Shown here one piece after another: positions 25,360 through 38,288 of a DNA stretch of 64,000 bases (the first letter of the stretch is position 1; the number at the start of each line of letters is the position of its first letter). The notes beneath the pieces are model-generated. The model saw only the letters and a list, made by a program, of their open reading frames with translations, had not been told where the DNA came from and ran no database searches. The DNA is taken from positions 195,176,001 through 195,240,000 of the forward strand of contig NC_042998.1 in the NCBI RefSeq assembly GCF_006345805.1, in the 5' to 3' direction. This DNA comes from Octopus sinensis (lineage: Eukaryota). Position numbers and translations under genes: made by a program.

Positions 25360-26180
25360 CATCTAATGTAGGATAAAATTTTTTCGAAAAAAATTTTATC
25401 AATGGCCAGCATATTAAAAAATTATCTTTAAAGGTTAAATATATAAATAACTTATAAAATAAGGGCAAAAGAAAAATTCGAATCTTTATATATATAAGAG
25501 AGGTTGTGTGCTGTCTGTCTCCTACGATTTAGATTCCTAACTACTCCCACATTTTGCGGTGCAGTTTAAACAAAACCGGGTATCTTATAGTCGTTATTCA
25601 TATCGAGCCCTTCTGGGTATTAGCGCGCGTCTACGATGAGTCTACGATTTAAAAAAAATTTACCATCAATTTTTCACATTTTTAATGCATTTTTGGCATA
25701 TATAAGGGAAGTAACTCTCTAAAAATTTATTATTAAATCTCAGAACGTAAAAAGCCACAGTAGCACCCGCCCCCCTTGTGGTTAGCCATATTGAGATGGC
25801 TATTATACTTTACATCTCTAAAAATGCTCATATAGTTATTTCCCTTACAAACCCGAGCAACGCCGGGCGATACTGCTTGTGCCAAATATGCCGAAAATAG
25901 ACATAGTCAATAACCATTATAATTTGTGCGTCTCGAAACAAGCCGTTATTGACTATGTCTATTTTCGGCATATTTGGCATTAGAATTTTTCTTTTGCCCT
26001 TATTTTATAAGTTATATATATATATTTGTGTGTGAGTGTCTGTATTTGTCCTCCAGCCATCGCTTGACAACCGATGCTAGTGTGCTTATGTCCCTGTAAC
26101 TTAGCGGTTCGGCAAAAAAGCTGAGAGAATAACTACTAGGCTTTCAAATAATAAGTTCTAGGGTCGATTTCTTTGACTAA
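24968..26180 (+). mobile_element. SINE family A copy split by nested insertions (head about 24968-25270, tail about 26025-26180)
   Basis: The head and 3' half of family A are separated at the internal microsatellite by a palindromic element and a Helitron. Confidence 0.7.
25483..25879 (+). mobile_element. Non-autonomous Helitron, family H1
   Basis: A|TC 5' end, subterminal hairpin cccgagcaacgccggg, and 3' CTTG (CTAG in the other copies)|T. No TSD. Confidence 0.85.
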
Positions 26181-26199
26181 AAATCTTTCAGCTAAAAAA

Positions 26200-26547
26200 A
26201 AATGTTGAACTTAATTCCTTGCTGACTGCGATCTGCGGGTCTGACTGTAGATTCAGGCGATGCTTCTCAGATTTTGTCTGGATTGATCGGAGAGAATTGA
26301 ATCTAGATTTGCACAAGCACGTTGTTCCGAACAGAATGAGAACACGGTTCTTAGTCATAACCGAAATATTAAATTTACAGATGTAGAATAATAAAATTCT
26401 TTGCGTGCTTTCGAGAGTAAAGATATTTTTAAGAGTTAGATGATAGCGTTAGTCTCGGTTTTAACTAAAGTATTCCCCTTTGTCACATACCTGAAATGCC
26501 ATTCCGCATTACTGGGGAGTGCAAACGCCCAAGGTTTGGAACCGCTG
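26200..26547 (-). mobile_element. hAT (Buster/Charlie-like) remnant with transposase C-terminus
   Basis: Minus translation RVLILFGTTCLCKSRFNSLRSIQTKSEKHRLNLQSDPQIAVSK resembles the hAT dimerisation motif (TTYLCESGFS...KTK.RNRL). Terminus CAGCGGTTCCAAAC at 26547. Confidence 0.65.
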
Positions 26548-26694
26548 TCTGAAAACTAAACCAAAAGGAAACCGGTATGGTTGTATTCGTTTTACATCTT
26601 TCTAGGGTCGATAATACAAGTATTAGTGATTTATTGAGATCAATGTAATCGAATATATATTGTTCCTAAGTTTTGACCAAGGAAATTATTCACT

Positions 26695-26729
<35 letters not shown>

Positions 26730-27325
26730 GTTTACTATCATTGACACTTGTATCACCTTACTGATGTCATTTCTAAATACATTATGTTGAAAAGATGAGA
26801 TAATCAGGGCTTGAACCTTCTTTGATTATAGATCAGCAGAGTCAGCAAACTCTTTTGGAGATGAGTCCGAAAAAAAATTTATATCCTGCAAGGCAAAGTA
26901 AGAAGTCTCTATAGGTGCAAGCGATATATGTAGAAATAATTTATTTTAATTTTTAAAAGTCACTTGTTGTAATGCGGGAATTGTAACACATTTAAAGAAG
27001 TAAAACTCGATGTGTGCCATGCACAACATAGCAAACGGTGAAGAGAGAAAATATTTTTAGTTATACTCAATGGTGGCGCTGTTTCTTTTCTGGTAAATTT
27101 CGTACAAGTCAATTTACCCGCCTGGACAAGTAAACCAAATTTTTTAACTCCCCTTTTTCTAAGAATCGATCATACATGTTAAGTATATTGCAATAATATA
27201 CGAAATGCTGCTACGAAGGGGAAAATAGTTTGTGTTTAAAATCGTTGAAATGTTTCTGTTTAAACACATTTTTTATAAATTGATCTAAATTTTTTTTTAT
27301 GTATTAATATCATACATTGATTTAG

Positions 27326-27542
27326 GGCGGCGAGTTGGCAGAATCATTAGCACGCCAAACAAAATGCTTAGCGGCATTTCATCCGTCTTTACGTTCTGAG
27401 CTCAAGTTCCGTCAAAGTCAACTTTGTTTTCATCCTTTCGGGGTCGATGAAATAAGTACCAGTTGCGTACTGAGATCGATGCAATCGACTATCCACTCCC
27501 TCCAAATTCCAGGCCTTGTGCCTACAGCAGAAAGGAATATTA
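27326..27542 (+). mobile_element. SINE family B copy (variant tail); further fragment at about 27915-28065
   Basis: Head ggcggcgagttggcagaatc and the family B core. Confidence 0.8.
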
Positions 27543-27607
27543 GGCATTGGTTTGAAGGCGGCGAACAGACAGAATCGTTAGCCTGCCGGGAAAAATGTCT
27601 GGCAGCA

Positions 27608-27910
27608 TAATAATAATAATAATAATAATGAAATTATTGTATACAGTGCTCAGGTGCACCACAACTTGTCAAAAGTGCATATAAAGCATATGCAGCAATG
27701 TACAAATGTCTGGAAAGCGAACAGTGTATGAGTCAGATACATGCTTGCGTGTGTATGGAGGGGAGAAAATCAGGTGTAGTGATGGCGAATCTCAGGAAGC
27801 ATGGAAGTTTTGAAGGATGCAGTGCTCCGACAACTAACAACTGATGCCAGCAGTTTGTTCCATGCTTCAGCAACTCTTAGTGTGAAAAAATGTTTCCGAA
27901 AGTCATGGGA
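27608..27910 (-). mobile_element. LINE 3'-end fragment with (ATT)n tail
   Basis: Minus translation [29 protein letters not shown] resembles the WNxLP...FK end of CR1/L2-group ORF2. A second copy lies at about 56857-57065 (+). Confidence 0.7.
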
Positions 27911-29051
27911 GCATATCGCTCGTCTTTATGTTCTGAGTTTAAATTCCGTCGAGGTCGACTTTCCCTTTCGGGATCGATAAAATAAGTACCTGTAGACTTC
28001 TAGGGTCGATATAATCGACTTACTCCCTGCCTGAGCTTGCTGGCCTTGTGCCAAAATTTGAACCAATGTTATGCATTGGTTCATTTGAAATTACGGCTAA
28101 AACCAGACCTTTTTCTCTGTATTGCAATGCTTAATTTTATTATCTGCTAACCAAAGAGAGATACGGGAAGCAACGAATTTTTGTATTCAATCAAATCAGA
28201 GCGTCATATCCACTCCGTTGGATGTACTTTGCCGTCTTGCTGGTCTCCTGGATCAGGATAACAAAAAAGTTAAAATTTGATTTCAGGGGAAATAACTCCC
28301 CAAAATCCCCACCAGAAATATTAAAAATTTTGATAGTAAGCTTGGCCTGTAAGGCCGAATCTCCACCAGAAATATTAAGCCAATCAGTTTTTGTTCAATT
28401 TCAGGTCAATCGCAATCAAATAGATCTATAATTAATAACATTCCATACAAGAGTAACCCATCCCTAACTTTTCCAAACAGTAATATACATTATCCATTGT
28501 ATCCTTTTCTCTTCTGAAATGGTACAGATACAGTGGTGTTTGGAGGAGTTTTGGTTGCTATTTCTAGCAGGTCGAGTGAGTACGTAGTATCTTAACAATA
28601 AACCAGTAAATATAAGATCTTCTGGTTCGAAACTCCATCTCCGCAACAATATTCCAGTAAATATCACAGAAATTACTGTTATTCTCGAATCTTGCGATTT
28701 TTACTGTCGATGTGTGTTGAAGGGAAATAACTCTGACATAAACTTAACGATACATCAAGTAAGGCTAAAATTAGCATATTAAATGTAGTGGGCAATTAGC
28801 ACTTTTTAAAATACCTAATTAGAAATAGTTATGTGATAAGAAAAAATATCCAATTATCTCAATGACTAATATTTTTAAAAATTAATTTTGGTAAAGCCTC
28901 AGTGAGTGTTTTCTGTAATGATATTTCAATCAAATCCAGTTCTTCACTGTACTTTATTTTACAGATTTCAGAAGGAGGAAAAGCAAGACCGACCTCGATA
29001 GAATTTTAACTCAGAACGTATACTAAATTCTACATAACTAACGTTCTAACG

Positions 29052-29381
29052 CAAGGATTCTCAAATCGGAGTACGCGAGGTATCTAAAGACACTGAATTT
29101 TTGAAGTAACCACAGCTATTTACTTTTCATTGATTCACTTTCCGATTATAATACTATTTACTAAATAGTATTTATAAAGAAAAATGTCATCTGGAAGTTT
29201 TCACTTCCACGTATAATAATTAATGACTGATTATGCATTGTCTGTTTTATGATATCCATAAAATAGTATTCACTATTGTGTGACCAACCATTATCAGCTA
29301 CATCCTCCACAATGGGTATGGCAGCATTGCCGTCTTGGAAATGGTGAAGTAGATCAGTAGAAAAAAGTTTGAGAGCCCCTG
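29052..29381. mobile_element. Old hAT-type MITE
   Basis: CAAGGATTCTCAAA ... TTTGAGAGCCCCTG imperfect TIRs. The TSD is only partly conserved. Confidence 0.45.
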
Positions 29382-29931
29382 CTTCAACGATTGTATTTTT
29401 AATCTATATAGTCCTTCGGGTTTAATAAAGTCGGCTCCGGCAGAATTTGGACTCAGAACGTAACAACGGATGAAAAGCTGCTAAGCATTTTGTCCGGCAT
29501 GCAAACGATTCTGCCAGTTTCTTTTCTCTCTTCTCTTTCTCTGAATCTTGAAATAAAATCATGTTCGTATGGCAGCTCCTAGCTTTCTTTCAGTCAGCAG
29601 TCTATGGACATTTCAAGAAAGAAAAAATAAAGTTATAGTCATACAAAATAGTCAAAGGGCAACAACATTACAAAAATGGATAAACATTATTTCATAAATA
29701 ATTATACAGCACATGTTCAAACTAGTATGGGCCATACACCGCTACATGTTCGGAAGAAATATCTGACCTTCATTGCTTTTTAAAAATGAGGTAGTTAAGG
29801 AAAACAAATGGATGTCTTCATTTAATATCGATGTATTCTACACTTCTATCAATGTTATGGTGTTTAACTTTGCTACCAACCAAAGAGACAAGTTATTTTA
29901 GAGGGAAACAACTTTGATAGAATAAGTGTAA

Positions 29932-30310
29932 TCTCTCTCTATATATAAAGCTGAAGTTGTCTGTGTGTGGCAGGTTTGGTAGCCTTCAACTAACACTATC
30001 TCCTCCGAGACCCTGCGGCGCAAGTTGACCAAAATTGAGCGTATGATAGAAGAAGGCTTACTCTTCCTTCTGTAGAAGAAAAAATTCAAATCGGACCATG
30101 TTAAGACCAAAAGTTATTTACATCAAAAAGGTGCTTTTTTTCTATGAAAATCCCTATTTTTTTACGATTTTTTTACTGCTGTGTCGTCATTTTTCGGGGT
30201 ATTTCAACCAGAAAAATGTTCAGAATAACAAGCTACATAATTTTCAAAAATTCCAATTCTAAAGGGTCGAAAAGAAAACAAGCCCGAGCAAAGCTGGGCT
30301 ATACTGCTAG
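29932..30310 (+). mobile_element. Non-autonomous Helitron, family H2
   Basis: A|TC...(TA)n start, hairpin agcccgagcaaagctgggct, and CTAG|T end. Confidence 0.8.
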
Positions 30311-31169
30311 TGTTATTAATTATGAAGACGTTCTCAGTGTGAAAAAAAAATGGCTTTTCATAATATATTTATGGACATCAAAAATTGATGAGCGAAAGGG
30401 AATTTATATAAATTAGACAGGGACCAGAATTATATAATCAAATGGAAGTCTCAATTGAGTCAGTGAGTACTGTGGTTTTTCGAATAGTTACACCTTCAGT
30501 TGAAAGATGTCTGGTTTGCGGAATCAGTAACGAGAATCTACAAAATAGTAACTAGTAACTAACAAAATACAAATCGAAGTTGTAATGGTATTTGGTCGAC
30601 AACTGATGAGGGACTGAGTTGGTCTGTGTCCGCTGGGTGCATGTATTTTCTGTTTTCTTTTTCCGCAAATTCCATTGAAATTCCTCTGTGTCACATTTTC
30701 ATTATATAACGTAATATATAAAAATGTGTAAACCACACCCTACCATGATATTTTATGGAGTTTTTGGAAGAATATATGGGAGGAAAATGTTATGTAATTG
30801 AAAATATTTTATTAATCATATATTGGTAATATTAGTTCTTCATATTAGTTAAATGAAAGACTATTTTTTGATTAATAATAAATGTTTTTTTTTTTAATGT
30901 GGAAGAATATATCTATGTGTGTGAATGAATTTCTACTGCGTTTCACTTTTCATATAACTTATTTTGTATTCAGCCTTGGATAAATTAGGGTTTCACACTT
31001 AATAATCAAACACCGATGGACAGTGAATGGTGGAATTATTAAATCGTCGAACAGTTTTCAATTAAATCTTTTTATATTCCGAGTTTAAATCTCGACAGTT
31101 TCGATTTCGTTATTTAATCTTCTTTAGGTTGATTTATTCGGCCCTCTCTGATTCTCCATTATAAAGTTA

Positions 31170-31566
31170 CTAGCAGTATCGCCCGGTGTTGCTCGGGTTT
31201 GTAAGGGAAATAACTATATAAGCATTTTTAGATATGTAAAGTATAATAGCCATCTCAATATGGTTAACCACAAAGGGAGGGGGTGTTACTGTAGCTTTTT
31301 ACGTTCTGAGATTTAATAATAAATTTTTAGAGAGTTACTTCCCTTATATATGCCAAAAATGCATTAGAATGGGAAAAATTGATGGTAAATTTTTTTTAAA
31401 ATCGTAGACTCATCGTAGACGCGCGCTAATACCCAGAAGGGCTCGATATGAATCACGACTATAAGATACCCGGTTTTGGTTAAACTGCACCGCAAAATGT
31501 GGGAGTAGTTAGGAATCTAAATCGTAGGAGACAGACAGCACACAACCTCACTTTTATATATAAAGA
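31170..31566 (-). mobile_element. Non-autonomous Helitron, family H1
   Basis: Reverse complement of 25483-25879 with an intact CTAG end and an A|T insertion site. Confidence 0.9.
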
Positions 31567-32505
31567 TAACACCTGTATCAGACTAAGAAATTGCTATCCA
31601 AATAACTAACAAAACAAGAAAAAATTTACGGATAAAACTGTTTTACTTCGTGCTTTTCTTAACCTTGGGCCCTCGACTCCTGATGGTGTCGTAAGGACAA
31701 CGTCATGATCTATGACCTATCTTGGACATTCAAGATTTGCAAGACCCCACCCCTCTGCAGGTCTAGTGACGGCCGGTTTCCTTCAGAAACAAAGACAGAG
31801 AATGATAAACTCTTAGTGCTGGAGACAAGAGGCAACTACCTCGAAACTGTGGTCCGTGCGTATCACTTAGGCTTACGAGAGAGGGATGACCTCCCTTTGC
31901 AAATACCATAAGGGCACAGATAGTGTACCTAAAGCCAGCTGGAGACGATGATCTCCTGGGGCTAAAAGCTACAATAACACCCACCCTTTGTGGTTAGCCA
32001 TATTGAGATGGCTATTATACTTTACGTTGTCGAGCGGTTACTGTTTACATCTCGTTCAGAGATTTATTATTGATTTTATTTGTTTATCCTAAAAATATGA
32101 AGGGCAAAATCGACTTCAGTGAGATTTGAGCTGAGAGTGTACAGGAGCCGAAACGAATGGGGAAAGGCATCCTCCTCCTCACCCTAAGGGTTCTTTGTCA
32201 CTCTAATACTCTAACAGTGCAACAATAGAGAGTGTCATTTCGCGGAGGCGGTAGAATTATTGAAGAAGTGTAAATGATTGTATTAGTGCACAGTATTGTA
32301 TATAAACTGTATCCAAACATATTTAAACTGATTCTCACCGAACTGTAGAAGAAATGAGGAGCAGAACAGCGAGAAAAAAGGAATCTGGCATTCGCTAAAC
32401 AAGTTATCTTGCTCACAATATTTCCAAAGAAGCGATAATGCCCCGGCTACAAACTACTGCCATAGATATCTTATAGTATCTCAGGCAAAACTATAGAATG
32501 CTATA

Positions 32506-32539
<34 letters not shown>

Positions 32540-32679
32540 CACACACAAGGTGCAAAAAGAAAACAAAAGCACGGTAAAAAATAACCCAAACCGGGAATAT
32601 TTGATAGACGCTCAGGAAAAATAAATGTCTTTAACGTTTCGAGCATTTTATTTAAAATTCGATATTGGTTCCAGATGTC

Positions 32680-32940
32680 GCCACCAGCTTCTTGAGTCGC
32701 CCCGGAATTGAGTCAACTGATTTCACCAGGAACCCTGGGGGGGATGGAAGACTTATAGCTTCTCGCATTCGCCCTTTTGGTACAGTAAATTTGTTCCTTT
32801 AACCAACCCGCAAAGAAAGAAATCACAGGGTGTTAAGTCGGGACTCCTGGCTGGTCACTCATGCAGACCACGATAACCCATCCATCTTTCGGGGAAGTGG
32901 TCATTCAGCCATTCACGAGCAACCAGAACAATGCGACCAC
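32680..32940 (-). mobile_element. IS630-Tc1-mariner transposase fragment
   Basis: Minus translation AREWLNDHFPERWMG...*PARSPDLTPCDFFLCG carries the WPxRSPDLxPxDFFLWG motif. Confidence 0.8.
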
Positions 32941-33485
32941 AGATTAAATTCTCGTACTACAAAGAACAAATGCAAAAACAAATTGAGAGAAATTTTTGTA
33001 ATTAATAGATAATTTGTATTTTAAAATGTCACATTTTAAACTTGAGTGAAGTCTTGCATATCTTTACTGTTCCACTTACAGATTATATTTGTAATGTCTG
33101 AGGTGTTTGATTTCTTTTTCCTGAAAATTCATGCTTAACCAGACTGTCAGTTAAGCATTTACTCACCAAGTGCACCAATCATTATTGGTATAAAGGTAAA
33201 TTTGTAATCTGAATATTGAAGCTGGAGTTTTTAAAGCAATTGTCCACAGTTATCCTCTTTCTGTTTGATTTTCAAAGAGGAGCTCCGAGTTCACACGCTG
33301 CCGAGGTCGACGGTACCTTTCATAATTTCGGCGTCGGTAGTAAAACAAGTTAATATAATCGACGTTCCCCCTCCCCTCAAAACTACTAGCTTTGTGTCAG
33401 AATTAGACAGAATTATTGTTGTTGCTATTGTTGTTATTAATGTTGCTTTTGTTATTGTCATTGACATCGTTATTACTATTGTTTG

Positions 33486-33766
33486 TCCCCACTTAAACGT
33501 GGATGTTCTGTTAGAACAAACTATACTGCGGTAGAGGCTACGAGAGAAACTCTCACATTGGCTTTTGGTGCATCATTGACGAAACTAAGGAAGGTCGAAA
33601 TCACGTGATCTGGTGGTCTTGGTGCTGGAAATGGCCGGGATTAACCTCTTCGCTATCGATTTAAACCAGAGTGCATTTTGCACTAAAAAGCCAATATGAG
33701 AGTGTCTCTCGTGGTATCCACCGCAGTATAGTTTGTTCTAACAGAACATCGACGTCTAAGTGGGGA
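33486..33766. mobile_element. Palindromic element (~87-bp inverted arms) with decayed hammerhead in loop
   Basis: Arms about 33486-33572 and 33680-33766 are imperfect reverse complements. Confidence 0.75.
33571..33615 (+). ncRNA. Decayed minimal type I hammerhead motif
   Basis: CATCA-TTGACGA-AACT-aagga-AGGTC-GAAA-TCACGTGA-TC-TGGTG: 5-bp stem I, perfect palindromic stem III ATCACGTGAT, C3U change, damaged stem II. Confidence 0.55.
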
Positions 33767-33973
33767 TAAAGATTATCTCTCCATATTAATACTACCTCTG
33801 TCGCTAATGTATATTCTATTGTTGTTGTAACTCTTTGGTATCGGTGTTGTTAATTATTGGTTTTATTATGATTGTTGTTATTGATGTTGCGAATGCTCTT
33901 GATGTTGTTGTTTGTGTGCTGTTGTTGCTACTTATGCTGTTCGAAAACCTACCCCACTTTTTTATTATTTTTT

Positions 33974-34193
33974 TACTCTTTACTCTTTTACTTGTTTCAG
34001 TCATTTCACTGCGGTCATGCTGGAGCACCGCCTTTAGTCGAGCAAATCGACCCCGGGACTTATTCTTTGTAAGCCCAGTACTTATTCTATCGGTCTCTTT
34101 TGCCGAACCGCTAAGTGACGGGGACGTAAACACACCAGCATCGGTTGTCAAGCAATGCTAGGGGGACAAACACAGACACACAAGCACACACAC

Positions 34194-34236
<43 letters not shown>

Positions 34237-34398
34237 TACGACAGGCTTCTTTCAGTTTCCGTCTACCAAATCCTCTCACAAGGCATTGGTCGGCCCGGGG
34301 CTATAGCAGAAGACACTTGCCCAAGATGCCACGCAGTGGGACTGAACCCGGAACCATGTGGTTGGTTAGCAAGCTACTTACCACACAGCCACTCCTGC
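33974..34398 (-). mobile_element. SINE family A full-length copy
   Basis: Reverse complement of 5007-5421. Confidence 0.9.
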
Positions 34399-34606
34399 GC
34401 CCTTTTCTTTTCTTTTCTTTTTTTTTCTCCCCAAAAAGAAAAGCTTTACTTTGTAATTTGTCCCCTCTGTGTTCAGCCCTGTGTGGCTAATAAAGAAACA
34501 TATGCTGTTACCATCATTGTTGTTTTATGTTTGCGGTTATTGCTGTTAATGTCTTTGCATTTGTTGGTGTTGTTGTTATTGTTGTTGTTGCCGTTGTATT
34601 GGCAGA

Positions 34607-34826
34607 ACTGGTTGATCGCCGAGCAAAAAAATATCTTGCGGTATTTCTTCCGAATTTCTGAGTTCAAATTCCGCAGAGGTCGACTTTGCCTTTCATCTTT
34701 TCAGGGTCGATAAAATAAGTACCAGTTACGCACTGGAGTCAATATAATCGACTTAATCCGTTCGTCTGTCCTTGTTTGTCCTCTCTGTGTTTAGCCCCTT
34801 GTGGGTACTAAAGAAATAGGTATTTC
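34607..34826 (+). mobile_element. SINE family B copy ending in the first bases of a second unit
   Basis: Ends ...aagaaata-ggtatttc, followed by unique sequence. Confidence 0.8.
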
Positions 34827-35021
34827 TCTCGACTTGTCACGAACTGATTTCCACTTCCGCGAGAGCAATTTTACTCTTCATCCTTTCGAGATTGATAGAA
34901 TAAAGTACTTGTCAAGAACCTGAAACGACTGCTAGCCTTGTGCTTTGAGAAGAGCAAGTTATCGTTGTTGCTGTTGGTTGTGGTAGTACTGTTACTGGCG
35001 TTGTTGTTAGTTTCTGTTGCT

Positions 35022-35392
35022 GCTGAGCGAACGGTCTTCGTCCCAGAGCTCGCAAGATGGGAGAAGTCCGAAACGTGGTCCTTTGCTATTCGTAAGACCC
35101 GCAGAAGAGAAAGCAGGTCAACCCCCGACACCGAGAGCATCGACGGATGGATGAATGCGCATCCAGGTTCAGCCGTTGCGTAGGAAGTCGGGGACAAGAA
35201 ACAGGAAGAAAGAGTGGGAGAAAGTTGGGACGAAAGAGTACAACAGGGATCACCACCCCCCGCTGCCGGAGCCTCGCAGAGCTTTAGGTGTTTTCGCTCA
35301 ATAAACTCACACAATGCCCGGACCCGGAATCGAAACCGCGTTCTTACGACCGCGAGTCCACTGCCGTAACCACTGGGCCATTGCGCCTCCAC
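35022..35392 (-). mobile_element. SINE family C, tail type 1
   Basis: Colinear with 19313-19684. Confidence 0.9.
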
Positions 35393-36142
35393 TTGTTGAT
35401 GGTGGTCATGGTGAGGGTGTTAGTGTAGTGTTGTCGTTGTTGATATCTTTGCCGGTATGATTGTTGTTTAGCTCCAATTCAGCGCTGATCAAGTAGACAT
35501 TCCAGTCATGGCCATCCTGTCTATTTAAGGCTTATTTAGAACTATCTTCTCTAATAGGTGACCTTCCTATTTATAAGACAGTGCAGTTGGCTTTTGACAG
35601 AGAACTAGCCTACAATTTCCAGCCGGTTGGACGACCCCGTAGATGTTCCCTCGTTGGCTCGTGGCAGAGTATAATGTTCTAGAGTGGTGAAGGTCAAGGT
35701 GAGAAGGATTGCATAAAAAAGTTTAGTGGGTAAAACACAAACGTAAGGACGGCAAAGGAAGATACAGGTGAATCGGTTGGCTTGGGTGGAACGGTACACT
35801 GCTTGCTGGTTCCCAGAAGAAGAATCTGTTGCAAGAGCAGTAAAAGAGAAAGCAAGAGAAGATACAGCTTGTATATGAGTCAATAATTATAGTGCATTGG
35901 TTGGTAAATATTGGAAATTTTTTGAGCATTGACGTCAAAACCTGTCGACTGAAAATCGATATTTGGTCGAGATGTTCTCTATATTGATATACAACGTAAG
36001 AGAGATCATAAAAGTGTGTGTTTTAATTTATCATCAAAGCCAAATAATATTCAAAGTAATTTTCAATCTTTACCACTTAATTGTTATTCGGATTTCTCTC
36101 TTAAACCATTGATAAGAAAAGACGACGTTAAAATATTTTAAA

Positions 36143-36525
36143 CTAGCAGTATCGCCCGGTCTTATATAGCAGTATATAAGCATTTTTAGAGATGTAAAGT
36201 ATAATAGCCATCTCAATATGGCTAACCACAAAGGGGTGGTGTTACTGTAGCTTTTTACGTTCTGAGATTTAATAATACATTTTTAGAGAGTTACTTCCCT
36301 TATATAATAGCAAAAAAAATGCATTAAAAATGGGAAAAAATTATGGTAATTTTTTTTTTTTAATCGTAGACTCATCATAGACGCGCGCTAATACTCAGAA
36401 GGGCTCGATATGAATCACGACTATAAGATACCCGCTTTTAGTTACACTGCACCGCAAAATGTGGGAGTAGTTAGGAATCTAAATCGTAGGAGACAGACAC
36501 ACAACTTCACTTTTATATATAAAGA
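36143..36525 (-). mobile_element. Non-autonomous Helitron, family H1 (deletion in hairpin)
   Basis: Colinear with 31170-31566, with TC and CTAG termini. Confidence 0.85.
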
Positions 36526-36977
36526 TATCATTAAATTCTCAACAGCTGATTTTCAAGCTATTATTTGCAATAAATCTATATCGGAAACAGTATTATCATT
36601 GCGTGTTGTTCGTGTGAAATATCAAAAAATGCACTTTTAGAAGTTTCCCATTCATTATTTGACAAAATTAGTTTTGTGGCTGACTCAACTTCGCAAAAAG
36701 GATCTCGCGTTTTAAATAAGATAAATTTGATGAGTTTACCCATGGAAAATATGCAGAATGAATTTGGAGAGATGCTTAATATGGATGTTTGGTGATTCAT
36801 AAATACAAACGACCTATTTACAAAGAGATATTGTTTTAATATCTAACAAGTTTGTGGTTGTCACCGAGTTTTATCAAGTATCAACATTTGAAGGATGTTT
36901 ATCATGGAATAGTCATTTTTTTAAAAGTACGTGTATGAGTCAAGCATTTTTCCTCATATGAATCATATGAATCATAA

Positions 36978-38288
36978 CACGAGTCAACAAAATAAAACTT
37001 TTATTTTCTGGCATAAAACCTTAGAGCTGTTTTAGACTAATTTTGGGGCACTGATTCCAAAACTGACCTAAGGTTTGTTCTATCACATTACATTTTTGTG
37101 TCATCGGTATATATCTTTATTTACCCGGAGCATATTACAAGTTAACTTTACTCCACTATTTGTTGGAATTTGGGCTGGATTGTCATGCAAATTTGAATAT
37201 ATTCAAGCTGAGTTTTGCTTTAAAGCTCTTCCTCGTCTTTTCAGGTGTTAACTGAACCACTGTGATCTGGTTATGGATACATAAGAAAAAAGAAAGACGT
37301 CCTGCAATGACCCCGATATCTTCTGTTACGTTTGTGGAAACTCCACTCCACAGGCTCAAAGGCGCAACATTAATAACTTTGTCAAGGTGTATCATGCTTA
37401 CTTAAAAGTAACACTTAGAGACAGGATAAAACCTGGGCTCCCTTCAAAGTTTGCAAAACCTTTATTGAAAGTTGGTGTGATCAAGCCCTTCATCAAAGCC
37501 CTTGATCCAAGTCTCGGTGATGAGAAGAAGACAAGAATATTTGATGGACCTCAAATAAGAACACTTCTTGAGGGTCCACATGTTGCTACAACAATGAGTG
37601 CGGTGGAGGCGAGAGCTTGGAATGCCTTCTCTGATGTGGTTCAGAATTTCCTTGGGAACAGGAAAGCTGACAATCATTGAAAGATTATGGAGGAATTGCT
37701 CTTGAGATTGCAAGCTCTTGGATGTAGGATGAGCATTAAATTGCTCTCCTTACACAGTCAGTTGGGTGATTTTACAGAGAACCTGGGTGACGTTAGCGAA
37801 GAACCAGGTGAACACTTTCATCAAGATGCAAAAGTAATGGAAGAACACTGCCAAGGTCGACGAGACTTAAACATAATGGTAGATTATTGCTAGAACTCGA
37901 TGAGAGATATTCAAGAAGAGATTGTCAAAGAAGAGGAAGTTCTTGCTGTAATAAAATGATCAGAATAAATGACCACCATGAATAGAGATTTAGTAATCAC
38001 ATTTTGTTATAACCAAGCTTAATTCTTACTTGTTGAGGTGCATTTAATCTCACATCTTTCTGGTTTGGTTTATTAGATAAAAAAAAAGACATGTTGTCTA
38101 TTAAAAATTACTTATGTTTAATTCCTTCTTTATGAGATTTAAATAGCTGTTTCTAGCAAAATCAGAAGATTTTATACCTCAAAATCCGATGTGGTAGAGA
38201 AAATCTGATGCCGGATTTGGATTCAGCACCCAAAATTAGTTAAAAACCATTGATAAACCTTGTGCCAGAAAATATGTGTTGACCAGTG
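36978..38288 (+). mobile_element. Internally deleted Chapaev3-like (CMC) DNA transposon with transposase pseudogene
   Basis: TAA|CAC...GTG|TAA (3-bp TSD, imperfect TIR). Remnants IFDGPQIR, FLGNRKADNH and MSIKLLSLHSQLGDFTENLGDVSEEPGEHFHQD...MVDYC (ORFs 37387..37680 and 37687..37893). Confidence 0.75.

Noticed and set aside
30600-30640. CTGATGAG followed by a GGAC...GTCC stem
   Set aside because: There is no GAAA after the stem and no stem III or UH site.
32600-32645. Additional hammerheads (ttaacgtttcgagc here; ttcggaacgtac at about 51281)
   Set aside because: Only the GAAA/stem III half is present. They are probably truncated pLTR relics.
35025-35090. Hammerhead in antisense SINE C (CGAAAC-GTG-GTC)
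   Set aside because: There is no CUGANGA-like core or matching stem I upstream.
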